From: Lama guanicoe
Taxonomy: Eukaryota
Reading direction: 5' to 3'
DNA length: 64,000 nt
NCBI GenBank assembly: GCA_013239625.1
Contig: MU053810.1
Span: 1,063,320-1,127,319 of the forward strand
The notes below the pieces were generated by a model. The model did no database searches and was not told where the DNA came from. It saw only the letters and a list, made by a program, of their open reading frames with translations. This document shows positions 1 to 13,875 of the stretch, one piece after another. Position 1 is the first letter of the stretch, and every line of letters starts with the position of its first letter. Position numbers and translations under genes: made by a program.

Positions 1-15
1 CTCTTAATTTTGAAG

Positions 16-114
16 CTGGATTTGTGACCCATGAGGACGCAGGCTGTATGTCATCCAGCAAGGTCTGTGATTTTCCACCTGACTGCCCCGATGGAGCAGA
101 TGAAGCCAGCTGTG
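16..114 (+). CDS. MALRD1: MALRD1 exon encoding a degenerate LDLa module (GFVTHEDAGCMSSSKVCDFPPDCPDGADEASC)
   Basis: LDLa signature C-D-x-x-x-D-C-x-D-G-x-D-E-x-x-C; donor TGTG|GTGAGT at 114/115 (phase 1). Probable acceptor ttttgaAG|ct at 15/16, but the frame is open to the window edge, so the 5' boundary is uncertain. Confidence 0.8.
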
Positions 115-242
115 GTGAGTGGCAGTCCTGACTCACTCCGCGAAGATCTGTGTGTACGTGTGTGCTCTCTGCTTGTAGTGTGTACTACTTAAGTTGTCTG
201 ATGAAGAATGTTTCTTTTTTCGGTTGTTCCAATTTTTATCGA

Positions 243-930
243 ATTTTAATTTTTATTGAGGTATAATTGACATATATCATTATATTGATTTCAGACATAC
301 AACTTACTGATCTGATATTTATAATGCAAAATAATCACAACAGTAAGTCTAGTTAACACCCATCGCCATACATAGTTATACAAATTTTTTTCCCTTGTGA
401 TGAGAACTGTTAAGATTTGCTCTTAATCAACTTTCAAATATGCAATACTGCATTATTAACTATAATTGCCATGCTCTTCATTATATCTTCATGACTTATT
501 TTATAACTGGAAGTTTGTGCCTTTTGACCCCCTTTGCTCATTTTGCCCACTCCCATCCCCCAATTCCCTGCCCTTGGCAATCACCAATCTGTTTCCTGAA
601 CTAGGACCTTGGTTTTTGTTGTTGTTGTTTGTTTTTTAGATTTCACATATAAGTGACATCTTACGGTATTTATCTTCACTGTCAGACTTACTTCACTTAG
701 TATAATGCCCTTAGGATCCATCCATGTTACCCAAAATGGCCAAAGATTCCCTTCTTTTTTATGGCTGAATATTATTCCATTGTGTGTATGTACCACATTT
801 TCTTTATTCATCTATCAGTGGAAACGTGGGTTTTTTCCATATCTTGGTTACTGTAAATAATACTGCAGTGAACATGGGAGTGCATGTATCCTTTCAAATT
901 ATTAGTGGTTTTGTTGTCTTCAGATAAATT
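243..930 (-). mobile_element. L1 3' end fragment (L1MA-like)
   Basis: T-rich tail then typical antisense L1 3'UTR/ORF2-end sequence (ttcacttagtataatg...ggctgaatattattccattgtgtgtatgtaccacatt); ORF 581..811 translates as L1 ORF2 C-terminus-like (TWMD..GIILSE). Confidence 0.85.
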
Positions 931-964
931 TCCATCTTTTGTGTTCCGTGGACTCAGTTCTGGT

Positions 965-1180
965 GTAGGGAGGGGTGCTCCCAACACCAAGCCATGCTCA
1001 GGATACCAGCTGGGTGTCCTGCAGTTCAACCCAGTTCTGGCGCGGTCTACCCAGAGATTCTGCCAGCTTCCACAGGTTAACGGTTCAGTCCTATGACACT
1101 GCCTTGTCCCCCCTCATCTGCTGTACTTTGGACGACAGTCACAAGTCCAGGTTGTTACTGTGCATCTGACTGACAACAAA
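965..1180. mobile_element. ERV LTR fragment, MER21-like
   Basis: caccaagc...accagctgggtgtcct...gttctgg...tctacccagagat...cacaggtt...tcagtcc resembles recalled MER21-family consensus. Confidence 0.55.
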
Positions 1181-2529
1181 TCAGAAAAGTTCATGCCAGA
1201 GTGATTGTGTATCTGCGTTCCTGTTGACATTTATGAAAAATCTTTGGTAAATAATCTGTGTACTTCCATTTAAGAGAATGTTTAAAATTATGCAGATAGC
1301 TCTCAAGCGCAATTTGGCATCAGTAAGGCAAGTCCTAATAGGGTTTGGGGGCCAGCGTGGGAGGCAGAGAGCAGAGTCAGGGCCAGGAGTGCTTAGATGT
1401 TCACAGTGCTCTGGGAAGTCCACTTCCCCCGCACAGGTTATTGAAATCAGTATGGTACTAGCAACATTTTTAAGGACATCTCTTTAGTTTTCTTAGATAA
1501 AAGTGTTGTTTTCAATTACTTTAGGATAGATTCTTAAAAAGTAGAAGTTTTGGTTTAAGTGGTTATTTAATGACACTTGGTGCATTTTGCCAATTTTGGG
1601 GGATCAAATTATGTTAATAAACAGCTAAGTCAGCAACTTAGAAGGGTTCCAGTTTTGTTGTGCTAGGAGTACGTTTTGAAATCTGCTTTAACTTCTCTCA
1701 TGGTCATGAAGATACTATTCAGAAGTTCCCATTTTTGTGAACAAATACTTAGTTTTTATTGAAGACTAAAATAAGTGATAATACTTTACATAGAACTTGG
1801 CTGTAGTTCTCAAAAATAAATTATATACTGCGAAGTGAAGATTTCAAGTGTCAGATAGTATCAGCGATATGCTTTGTCATGTCTGCACTGGGTAAACAGG
1901 GTATGTATATATATATATGTCTGTATATGTATAAATTATTCTAATCTGTAACACATAATTAAATGAGAAAGGCACATTCTTTTTCAACAACTCTGTGTTG
2001 TGAAAGTATTTAAATATTCCCAAACATTTTCTGAGCACTGTAATTTATTTCTGCCTAAAAACTGGTTCGTTGGAAGTGCATATGCTTTTTTTCCCTAAAA
2101 ATAGACTTCCACAATTTCTCATTTTCTGCTTTACTCTCTGCTCATGGGGAAAAAACCACACACAGACATACATCAATACTTAGTATTTGAATTCAAACAA
2201 AGACAGGTTGAATAGTATAGGAAAAAGGAGTGATTTGCTATTTTTCTGATTTACTTTTTCAGACTTAAATACTGGTAGTTTATTTTTCCTGAATGACTGC
2301 ATCTGCTAAATGGGCAAATCTGGGCATTAAACACGGGCATTTCCACCGCTGAGGGGAGAGTGTGTGTTGATGCTTTGAAAGCCGTCTCTGTGTTTTTACT
2401 AACGCACTACCTTCTAGTGGCAATTGTCTTCTGCATTGAGACCCACAAAGTCCTTTCATCATATAAATGCATTGGGAGAAAGCTTGAATTTTCTGTAGTT
2501 GTGTTTCTTCTGCTCTATATTTATTGAGA

Positions 2530-2554
2530 GTGTGTGTGTGTGTGTGTGTGTGTG
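2530..2554. repeat. (GT)n microsatellite
   Basis: About 12 uninterrupted GT units. Confidence 0.95.
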
Positions 2555-4687
2555 CACACGCATGTGTGAGAGCGAGCAATCTAATTAGGGCTATGCTTTT
2601 TTCTGCTAATTTTCTAAAACAAGATGTTTTTGAGAAGGTTTTTTTTTTGTGAGAGTGAACATATTTAAACTTAATTATAGAATTAAAGGCTTCCTAAGAT
2701 GCACTGCTCTGTGTAACCACAAATTGCTTATTTTAATAAAAGATGGGGAAATAAGCTGCTATTTTCTATCTTAGGTTCTTTCCTGTAGGCCTGACTGCAA
2801 GAGAAAAATGTGTCTCAAAATAAACCTAAACTTGCGAATTATTTAGCAACTTTGATTTTCATTAAATGTGTATCAATGTGTAAGTCCTTGCAGAAAGAAG
2901 GCTATCTTGCTGTTTTTTCTTAGTCAGCTGGATTCTCATTCTTTTCTCCCTGTTGTCCCCAAGTTACAATTTAGACACTGTTTCCACTGCAAAAAAAAAA
3001 AAAAAACCAACCCCAAAACAAAAACAAAAAACCTCCCTAGACAGAAATAATTGTAAAAGACTGGAATGGGAAGACGTTCCTGGTGAAGGCTCGTCATTTC
3101 TGTGACATCAAACCACGAAGTGGAGAAAAAGTGTATTCATTCTTATTTATGGAGTCAGTAATCACTAGGGGGAGAAAAGAAAAATGTTGCTGTAGACAAG
3201 TAACATTTGGTAAATAACCCATGATGGTTTGATCAGTCTTTCCTGCAGATAATTCTGTTGTCAGATTAGAGAAATTCAGAACAGTGGAGATAAAATAATA
3301 AAATAGGTGATAGAATAGAGAATAAATGTCAGGTGAAAACTCTATTGAGAATAAAAATTATTGAGAAAAAAATAAAAATAAAAAAATAAAAATCTATATG
3401 AGAATGAAAATTTAATAAGAAAGTCTTTTCCTATGATTATTTAAGATTAAATTTCAATAAATTGCATTATTAAGTGTATCTATGGAGAGATTTTGTGAGT
3501 GTCATTACTTTGAGCTTATATGGATTTCCTTTTTCAGCAGGATCACTGTTCTTCACTCTGAATTATAAACCAGAAGTAAATGTGGCTCGCTTGTAGACCC
3601 AACCTACTCCAGTCACTGTCTTTTCTCTCTCATCTTCTACTCTTGTCCCTTTTGTTTCTGTTTCCACGTTAGTGATGTTTGTGATAAGAGGTATAAGGAG
3701 ATGTAATGGTCCTCCGTGTTCAGCAGCAAGTTTCCTTAGCAATCCATGTCTCCTTGCTTTGCACAACTTTACCACGGGATAGTGAAATTTACATTTTCTT
3801 CCATTGTCAATGTAACTCCTGTCTTTGGGGGTATAGATTTAAAGACACCTGAAAGATTGTATGATAATAATATAAATTCTGTTACACATGTACAAGGCAC
3901 TTATTTTGTATCTGACATTGTTTGACATGTGTTTATATGTATTGACTAATTTAGAGCTAAGAAAAGAAAGGCACACGGGGAATGAATGTAGTGGCCCTTG
4001 CTCCGGTCATGGTCACAGTTCAGAAAAGGTAGAGATGGGCGTGCAAACTGGATCTCAGGGCTGATTTTCATTTTACCTGCTGAGTCTCCCAGGGAGATTA
4101 AATTTGTAAGGTTGTCAAAGAATGCCTTCACCCTCATGGGCGCTTATAAGAAAAGCTTTAAAACAGACTAGTTGTCTCCTAATGCCCAGTGCCTGTTGTT
4201 TTAAGAGTGAGCATTTCCAACACGTTAGGTGTGTATGGTGAACACCAAAAGGAGTTTTTACTTGAGGGCAAAAGCAAGCTAGTGAGACAACCTAAACATA
4301 TGTGCATAAGGAAAACCATGATAATTTATTGCCACTCAAATCTAGTTAATAAATTATAATGCGGATGTCCAGTTATTCCAGGTATTGTTTGCTGAAAAGA
4401 CTATTTTTCTTCATTGTATTGTCTGCTCCTTTGTCAAGTCAATATCAGTTGACTATATTTATGTGGCTTGCATTACACTTTAAAGGGAAGTGATAGAGTT
4501 TGAGTAGGTAGGTAAAAGTAAGTGGCAGATTACAAATGGAAGAAATGGGACTGTGGTTTAGGCATTAGAATGTTGAGGAGGAAAGTATTCTTGATCTACT
4601 GAAGAAACTGAAGTAATAACTGTAGCTTGAGTATAATGGCTAGAGAAGCACAGAGATCATTGGAAACCAGATTAATCATGTTAAAGA

Positions 4688-4835
4688 TTTTTAGAAAATT
4701 TTATTAAAAAATTTTTTATGGGGGAGGTAATTAGGTTTACTTATTTATTTATTTTTTAATGGAGATGCTGGGGATAGAACCCAGGACTAGGTGCATGCTA
4801 AGCATGTGCTCTACCACTGAGCATTACCCTCCCCC
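4688..4835 (-). mobile_element. tRNA-derived camelid-type SINE inserted into an L2 relic
   Basis: Antisense head (gaacccaggac...gcatgctaagcatgtgctctaccactgagc...ccctcccc); perfect 11-bp TSD CATGTTAAAGA at 4677-4687 and 4836-4846. Confidence 0.9.
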
Positions 4836-6122
4836 CATGTTAAAGAGTTTGGACATCATACTAAATAGTAGGCAAGCCATGTAAGGATGTTTCAGAAGTT
4901 ACATGATCAATTTTGAATTTTTAAGATCTTTACATTTTTACACTCTGGTGGCAGTGTGAAGAATGAATTGAAAGAGAGAGTGTGGAAGTAATGGTTTCAG
5001 TTGGAAGAAGTTTCAGAGTGAAGATGAGACATGATCATGGACTGAACTGATAGGTAGAGATATGTCATAATAAAAATTTATGAGATAGAATAAGGAAACA
5101 CTTGATGATTGAATTTGAAAGAAAGGGAAAAGGAGTGTTTTAAGTAATACTAATTTTTATCTGGAGTCCTTAAATACAGACTGAGCGAGAGAGGGGATGT
5201 CAGGTTGAGGGAGGAGATCATGACTGTCTGTAATTTGGACAGTTCTGGCACTAACAAGAGGGCAGTGAGCTGGAGAAGTAGTTCCTGGGTTATTTTTATT
5301 GACTTAAGATATTTGAAGCTTTGATAGTGACGAGTTTACCACAGAGACGGTGTAGATGAGATCCATTGTTTTAAACTAAAACTGTAGTATGGTGACAGCA
5401 CTTGAAGTTTTCCATTCCAGATCAAGTAGGATATTTAATTACCTTTCATTTGAGAGGCAATTAAGTATAAATATAAATAAGGAAAAATAAAAGGTCCAGT
5501 ATTGAACCTAAGGAGAAACACACAATTAGGGAACTATGACAAAAGAAACCTAGTAAAAAAATTAGGAGTGGATGGGCTGGTATGTAGGCTTGTATTGGGG
5601 GACCAGCTAAGTAGGCCTAACTCTGTAATCTAATCAAGAATTTGGGGGAAAATGAGAAATGAGAAAAATTTTGTTTTGGAAAAAGGAAGGTCACTGATTC
5701 TTGTAACAAGGGTGCTGAGTGCCTGCTATATGCCAGGCGTATAGATTCTACAGTGAATAAAACAGCCAGCCATCCCTCTGTTCTTGGAGCTTGGTTCCTA
5801 GTAGAGAGGAGCCTGAAAAAAATAGCAGTGTAAAGGCCATAGGGTAATGATGGAGTGAAGGACTTTGCCATGTTAAATAGGGCTGTCATTGTAGCTCTCA
5901 AGGACAAGGAGATTTAAAGCAGATTTAAGGAGATAAGGGAAATAAGCCCTGAGGGGATTTCAGGGAAAAGTTTTTCAGGCAGAAAGAAAGAATTAGGGGA
6001 TTGAGACAGGAGGGTACCTGGTGAGTCTGAGCAATAGCAAATGATCTATGTGGCTGGAAGAGAGTGATGATACGAAAAAAATAATAGGGAAATGAAATCA
6101 GAGAAAAGCAACCCAGCTAGAA

Positions 6123-6280
6123 CTGTGGTTCTTGACCTTGGCTGCATCTGAGAAACACCTGGAGAGCCTCTAAAGCTCTCGATGCCATGGCCGATTACCC
6201 ACTGGAGGTGGAACCCAGGAATTAGTCATTTTAAAGCTCCCCATGTGATTTTTAACATGCCACCAAGTTTGAGAACCATT
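6123..6280. mobile_element. MER5A-like hAT-Charlie MITE
   Basis: Terminal inverted ends gtggttcttga...ttgagaaccat; internal ggctgcat..gaaacacctggagag and aagctccccatgtgatt. Confidence 0.75.
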
Positions 6281-6399
6281 CAGCTAAGACTTTACGGGTC
6301 ATTGCAAGGACACTGGCTTTAAATGAGTGAGATGGGGAGCCATTGTGGCATTTTGAAGACAGGACTTACAGGATCTGGCTGAACAGAAGGACTGCTTGC

Positions 6400-6960
6400 T
6401 ATACTGGGGACGTCCTGGAGGGTATTAATGCTCGTCAATCAAAGAACACCAACAAAATGCCTGTAAGAAAGTGAGGCATATTGGTACTTGCTGAGCAAAG
6501 AAGGTGACTTACCATGGGGACCTTTGGGGCATCTCAGCAAGAGAGGATTAGGAGAAACTTGTTACAGGGTTTAGGCTTGTGTTGGGTGATTTGGAGGCGA
6601 GTTCAAGTGAGTGGGAACTTACTCTGGATTGAGTGTCTTCAAGAAACAGGGTCATTCTGTGATTGCGTGCCTAAGCAAATTTTATTTGGGAGGCGAGGGA
6701 AATAGAACAACATTGTAATCGGTGAAGATGCTGCCGTCTTACTCATGCCAGGCTGGTGAGTAGGGTATTTAAGCAGTTTTTGAATTTGAATGGTACCCTT
6801 CCTGCACTCAGAGATGAATAAGTAGAATAAGTAGAGGAGTGAAGAATCTGCCTGGAAATAACTGTAGGGCTGCACTGCGCTCCAGTTGAACAAAAAGATT
6901 TTCGTGTGTCATGAATCTTGGACGAGGACATTCTGTAGACAGTTCCATTATAAAGACAAT
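6400..6960. mobile_element. Old ERV LTR-like fragment
   Basis: Blocks such as atggggacc..ggggcatctcagcaagagag and ggcttgtgttgggtgatttggagg resemble ancient LTRs; family not certain. Confidence 0.35.
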
Positions 6961-8027
6961 ATCCTGTGTGTTTAGCCTTCAGCTTCAAAGAATAAGTGAA
7001 CTTCAAGTTTCCCTCATCACTTTTTCTTCAGTTAATCATATACATTTTAGAAGGTGCCAGTATCTGAAGCATCAGTGTTTTTTTTAAAAAAAGCATTATT
7101 TTAGTTGAGAAGAAAGCTGTTAAATGACATTATTTAAAATTTTTAATTTTGTTTATTACCATCTTTAGACTATTATTGTGTCTGTGGATGGTTTTAACGT
7201 GCAGATTTCCTTTCTTGGTTTTCTCCTGAATTTTGTCATTATTTTTGGAAAATATTCTCTTATTCCTTAACTGTCTTTAAACTTGAATAAGGTTAACATA
7301 ATCTCAGATTAGGATAATCATGTCTGAGACTAGCTCTGTCTTAAATAATTCAAGCATATCACAAGGCCTTACCAGTTCAGAAATACAAAGAGAACTCCCT
7401 ACATTTTGTTGAATGAGAACAGAAATTCTGCTTCATTCTATTTATGTGGGAAAATGTCCAGTAACCTCTCATTTTGTGTCTGCTACCACAGAACAAGACT
7501 GAACCATAGCACAGACATGTAATAAACTCATGTTCACCTCCCTAACCTGAACTTTTGAAGAAGAATGTTTGAGATAATAATCACATGAAATGTGTACTAT
7601 AGTAATACAGATGAACAGAAAATATGATTTAAAAAGGGCTTACTGTTCTCTGCCCAAGAATAGACAGAGATTAATAACGACTTTTTAAAAAAGGGTTAAC
7701 TTTTTTTCTATCCTGTTAGATTTTTATTCGTATCTTCTTGGAATAGTTAATATATTTCTTTCCTCACACTAACCAAATGATTTTAGATGTTTTGTACTTC
7801 TCGGTAAGAGCCCAGTTTTATCTGTGGGGCTAAGCTCAGGTTATTTAATTAAATTCATAGAGACCTTTCATTACACAAGATATCCTGTTCCTCAGTCACT
7901 TTTGAGTCACTTCTATTGTCTTATCCATTTTTAAGATGTAAGTCAAATCCAGTTTTATTAATATTCTCATGTATCAATTCTTAATAATGCCCTTTTATTG
8001 CATGGTTTTGTGTGCCTGACTTTTATA

Positions 8028-8233
8028 TTCACATAACTTTTATTATACTATATTGTTACAATTGTTCTATTATTTATTGTTGTTAGTCTCTTACTGTGCC
8101 TAATTTATAAATTAAGCTTTATCATCAGTGAAAATACGTATGTGGAGGGAAAGACATAGTATATGTGGGGTTCAATACTGTCCAGCAGTTTCAGGCATCC
8201 ACTGGCTTGGGACTAGCCCCCATGACTACAGTG
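8028..8233. mobile_element. TcMar-Tigger fragment (MER44-like)
   Basis: ctcttactgtgcctaatttataaattaa...tttcaggcatccactgg matches recalled Tigger MITE end. Confidence 0.75.
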
Positions 8234-8409
8234 TATGCTGTTTACTAGGCTTATTGTCAAATGACAACAAATTATTAGATAAAATTTGTTCTAAAGTAAA
8301 TTTGAGGTCTGTAGTGATGTCTGAACATTCACACTAAGCAAATTCAGGTAAGCCAAAAAGGTTTATCCTTTTCCCAATCTAATGACAGTGAACAGTTACT
8401 GTCAATAGT

Positions 8410-8640
8410 TGCAGAAAGAATATTAGACTAGGAGTCAGAATATTTGGATTTCAGTCAGTCTCTACAACTTTCTAACTATGTAACTTTGGTTAAGTTAATT
8501 ATTTCGTTAAACCTCCCTTTTTTCCTCTGAAAAAACAACAATAATAATGCCATCTCCAAAGAGCTGCTGTGAGAATTAGATTTATATAAAGCCCTCAGTA
8601 CAGGGCCTTCTACATTAGGTACTGACCACGTATTAGCTAT
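8410..8640 (+). mobile_element. MIR
   Basis: gactaggagtcagaa...aactatgtaactttggttaagtta...ctgtgagaatta...tattagctat MIR core and tail. Confidence 0.7.
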
Positions 8641-9251
8641 AATTCAACACTGATGTGATTATAACTTCCCATTCTTTCTCTCTCTCCCTTTTTTTCTTCT
8701 CTTCCTCCTCCAGAATGTCTTTGTGGAACTTAACTATTTCTCAGCATATTTACCTGAAAAGTGGGTCAAATTATTCCACCTTGTGCAAGTTAGGTGATGC
8801 ATTCAATGCTTTGGGAAATATTAAGCTCTAGAAAAATCAGAGGTGAACTTAATATTAAATATAATGGGCCTGGATTTTTCAAATATTAATTTATTTTTAC
8901 AAGTGACTGCTTATGGTTTAGTGTAAAATACGCTGTCAGAACAATTCCAGGTGATGTAATAGCGCAGAGAAACTGAGCATCAGAGTAAATTAGGCACCCT
9001 TGGCAATTCTGTCAGCAATATGGCTGAATGAGGCTGTTTCTTAGAAAGAATATTTGGGAAGTATTCTAAAATTGATAATTCTGCCGTGTCAGTTTCCAGT
9101 CTGAAAAGCACAATTCTGATTTTTTTTTTTTTTGAGGGTTGGCAGGAATCAGATATGCCTTTACTCAAATGTGCCTTTCCTGTTCTTGGGGAAGCTTAAC
9201 AAGGTGACTACCATTGAGCTCCGTCTACCCTTTTTAAAGTGTGGGGTCTAA

Positions 9252-9449
<198 letters not shown>

Positions 9450-9459
9450 TGAACCTATG

Positions 9460-9939
9460 GACTTCTCCCAACGTAGGACCTTTTGACTCAGTGGTTTTTG
9501 AAGTTTATGATGGTGCCAACAAGACATGCATTCAGTAGAAACTGTTCTTTGCATTTTGAATTTTGACCTTTTCCTGGGCTAGCTGTCTGCCAGTGATGCT
9601 CTCAGGATGCTGAGCAATGAGCTGTTGCTCCTAGTCATTCATTCATATGATCACCAGGGTGAATGACCAGTACACTTACAGCCAGTCCCTTTTTCATTTT
9701 CAATGCAGTTTTCAATAAATTACATGAACTGTTGAGCACTATCTTATAAAATGGGCTTCTTTTTGTCAGATGATCGTACCCAACTGTAGGCTAAGGTAAG
9801 TGTTCTGAGCATGTTTAAGGTAGGTGGGGCTAAACTGTGATGCACGGTAGGTGAGATGTATTAAATGCATTTTGGACTTAGATATTTTCAGCTTACAATG
9901 GGTTTATCAGACGTAACTTCTTAACTCAAGGAAGATCTG
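9460..9939. mobile_element. TcMar-Tigger MITE (MER47-like)
   Basis: gcattcagtagaaac...caactgtaggctaa.gtaagtgttctgagcatgtttaaggtagg...ttaaatgcatttt...ttacaatgggtttatc matches recalled MER47. Confidence 0.75.
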
Positions 9940-10287
9940 TCCTTTGGTTTACCTTTGCCCAGGTCTCAGAAGAGAAAGAGCAGCAGTACATTTCCACGTT
10001 ACTACAACAAATAGTAGGCCCATGAATATTGTCAATTATACGTATGTTGTCAATATAGAACCTCTCTTTTATGGATTTTGGGGATGGAGTACAGATGAAT
10101 TTTTGACGAGATTAACTGAGATTATCAGTTGCTTTTGGCATCATTTTGACCTAGCTCTAGATAATAAATAGTTTAATATTTATAAGAACAAATTTGACAA
10201 TCACTTTTATTGATTTTTTAAATTGTTGTATAGTCTTCAATGTAGGGTTGACAGATGGAGGTCTCGGTTTAGAATTTAGTAGGCTAA

Positions 10288-10422
<135 letters not shown>

Positions 10423-10810
10423 TAAGTATTAAAACCAGTGATCAGCTGCCTTAGCATCCCAGTGGTTGCAGGCATGCCCCTGCAATTAGCAGACATTGTA
10501 ATTTTTCCTGGCTTTGCTTTAAAAATGGCTGTGGCCTTAGATCCTCACAATTAGCATTTACTTAGGCGCACATTATCAGCATTTGTTGTGTTCTTTCTTG
10601 AGATGAAACAATGGATTCTAATTTAATTAACACTGCTTCCTGTGTTCCGGATTGAACTCTCTGAGAAAGGTGCCCAGGGTCCTGAGTATGCACCACAGCA
10701 GATAAGCTCTTGCAAGCGGGCGGCCGCAGTTACTGCGAGAAATAAAGGCATCCGTTATGATAAGTCATTTTTAATTGCCTGTTGAGTGAGTGGAAGAGTC
10801 TCAGAGTTAG

Positions 10811-11371
<561 letters not shown>

Positions 11372-11374
11372 TAA

Positions 11375-12085
11375 TTCACTAGTCAAGCCATCGGTATTTA
11401 TTACGTAGATTTATGAACTAGATCCTAGAGGTACAGTAATGAGCTGGATTACAGAGTCCCTGACCTCATGGAGTTTACAGTCTAGTTGAGGAGATGGATA
11501 TTATTCATATATTAAAAAAGAAGTGTAAAAGGACAGTTTTGACAGGACTTATAAATGGAAGTGCTGTAACTTTATATAATGATGACATTGGACTTTCTAG
11601 AGGTGGGGGCTTATCTGAGATCTGACAAATAATAAGTAAAAGCATGTGTTCAAAGCCATACGGCAGCTGGAAGCTACCCCGTGTGGCTGGAGTAAGACGA
11701 TGAAGAGGGAATAAGGTTCAACAGAAGAATGGAGATATCGGGGGGCAGATTAGCAGATCTCTGTAGATCGTATTAAGGAAATTTTCCTTCATTTGAAAAG
11801 TTTTTAAGATAGAAGGTAATAGAATAAGATTTTGGCAGATTTAAAAATGTCACTGGGGATACAGGATCATGAATGGATTAAAGCAGAGTGGATTCTGGGG
11901 ATTTATTAAGAGGCCGTCACAATAGTCCCCAGGAGAGGCACTGGCAGCCTGTGTCACAGTGACGGTGATGGAGAGGGAGGAGCTGAAGTTTGAGGAAATA
12001 TTTAGGAGGGGACATTTGATGATGTTTTGGCTATAGGGGGCAGAGAGTGAGGTGTCAGAGTTAAGTCCTGAGTTTCTGGTTTAAA
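11375..12085 (-). mobile_element. L2 relic
   Basis: attcac..caa..tatttatt..gtccctgacctcatggagtttacagtctag L2 3' end, continuing to ctgagtttctgg. Confidence 0.6.
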
Positions 12086-12210
12086 ATACCAAAAAGTTTA
12101 TGGTATCTGACGATTATGTATGTCTTACAGTTTAATAAACCTGGTTCATCGTAGTGTCTGGTGCGCTGGCTCTTGAAAATGAATCAGAAGCTAAGAGGTG
12201 TTTGGATTTT

Positions 12211-12364
12211 GTTTTTTTAATTGAGGTACAGTCAGTTTACAGTGTTGTGTCAATTTCTGGTGTACTGCACAATGCTTCAGTCATACATGAACATACGATT
12301 ATTCGTTTTCTTTCTCTTTTTCACCATGAGCTACTACAAAGTATTGACTATATTTCCCTGTGCT
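12211..12364 (-). mobile_element. 5'-truncated young L1 3' end
   Basis: T-tail + ttgaggtacagtcagtttacagtgttgtgtcaatttctgg...atttccctgtgct; flanked by TGGATTTT on both sides. Confidence 0.85.
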
Positions 12365-13875
12365 GGATTTTTTTTTTAATTTACCAAAATCAGTTGGAAG
12401 AAGTTCACATCTTTCTTTGTCCAGAAATAGCAACGGTTCTTAAAATTCAAGCCCTGTGTCTGTTACTTTGCGAAGGTAATCGTAAACCAAAGGAAAGCCA
12501 TCAAATGCTTCGTACATCATGGAAAACATTACATTAAGAAATTTCCATATAAATCACTGTAGAGAGCTTTGCACCTAAGTGATGTTTAATACAGTCAGGC
12601 ACATTCAAGTCGGAATTACCGTTCAGCTTGTTACACAACTAACACCTTTAGTGCGTATAAATAAAATTGATGATTTTGACAGTGGCTGTTAGAAGAAATG
12701 TTATTTGCCCTAAAGGTAATTTATCTTTGCAATTTTAGGAAGCCTCTTCATCTTTTTCATGCACTTCACATCCCACTCCTTAAAAAATGTTGATCTGTTA
12801 CTAAAAGTAAGCAAATTATTGTTCAGACTTCCCAGTGTTAGCTCAGTAGAATGGGATTACGGGGGCACGGCTGTCATCCCAGAACACTTCTTGTGACTCA
12901 GTATTAATGACAGGGAATAGTTGGCGTTGGACTGTCCGTTTCTCCCACAGCCTTCCATCCAGATCGAGTGGAATTTATTAGCAGGGATGTGTTAGGCATC
13001 CGGAGATCGACACTGTATTTCCTGAAGCATGTTTAGAACATGGGCTTTTACTTAAGGGTGGAGCTACACACATTCCCTTTTGAAATAAAGATTGAGCGTG
13101 CAGTCGCCATGGAGACAGGCCATATAAAAGCCTGTCGGTTTTGGTGCCAGTTTTATGTCAGAAAACTCAGCAGGACACCTGGCGAGTACCTGCACGCCCC
13201 AGGCCGCGCCACAGCTGGCCTTGAGTCACCCGTGAGGAAATATCAGAGGAAAGCTCAGCTCCCATTTGACATTTGCTCACCGACTTCCCTTTGCCGGGTC
13301 TGAGCTCCTGTTCCGCGGTCTTCAGCGACAGGTGATGTGTTCCCACCCTGCTGCGTTTATTCACATGTGCTTTTATTTATTGTTTCAGGGCATTTGTTCA
13401 TCTTTGGTGCCGAGTATGGTTACTAAGATGGCTCGTTTGGGGACAGCTGACATTTGTCTTTCAAAAATATTAGCTTATGTAAATGAAGTTTAAATGTGGA
13501 AGTCCTCGTTAATTCTAAATCCTGGCCCTTCTGCCCAAGGACGGTCGGATGTGTGTTCTGTCTCATTTATGCTAAACAAGTGCTTGATGCCCTACAAATG
13601 GAACAGAATATTCAGTTGAGAAGGGACTAGTCAGCTCTTTTAACTGCTTTGAATGCTTCTGGTGACTGAAGGGAGTTAGAAGCTTAAAAGCTTCAGCTCA
13701 AAGGAGCTACAGTTCAGTGAGGAGAGGCTACCACTGAGGAGATCCAGCTAAGAGCTGGCGAGGGCTCAAGATGTGATGTGCGAAGAGATGGAGAAAGGGG
13801 AGGGGTGTTTAGGGCACATTCGTAAGGGGGTGCGTGCTAAGGGGAAGGATGATCGGGGACAAACAGGAAGTTACA

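Larger units (their letters stand above)
4560..6400 (-). mobile_element. Fragmented L2 relics (interrupted by a SINE and MER5A)
   Basis: Degenerate purine-rich L2-like blocks (gagtgcctgctatatgccagg...ctacagtgaataaaacag; gagtgagatggggagccattg). Confidence 0.55.

Noticed and set aside
3..23. LNFEAGF as the start of a MAM domain
   Set aside because: No preceding Cys, and it runs straight into an LDLa signature; better explained as a pyrimidine tract plus AG acceptor, though the window edge prevents certainty.
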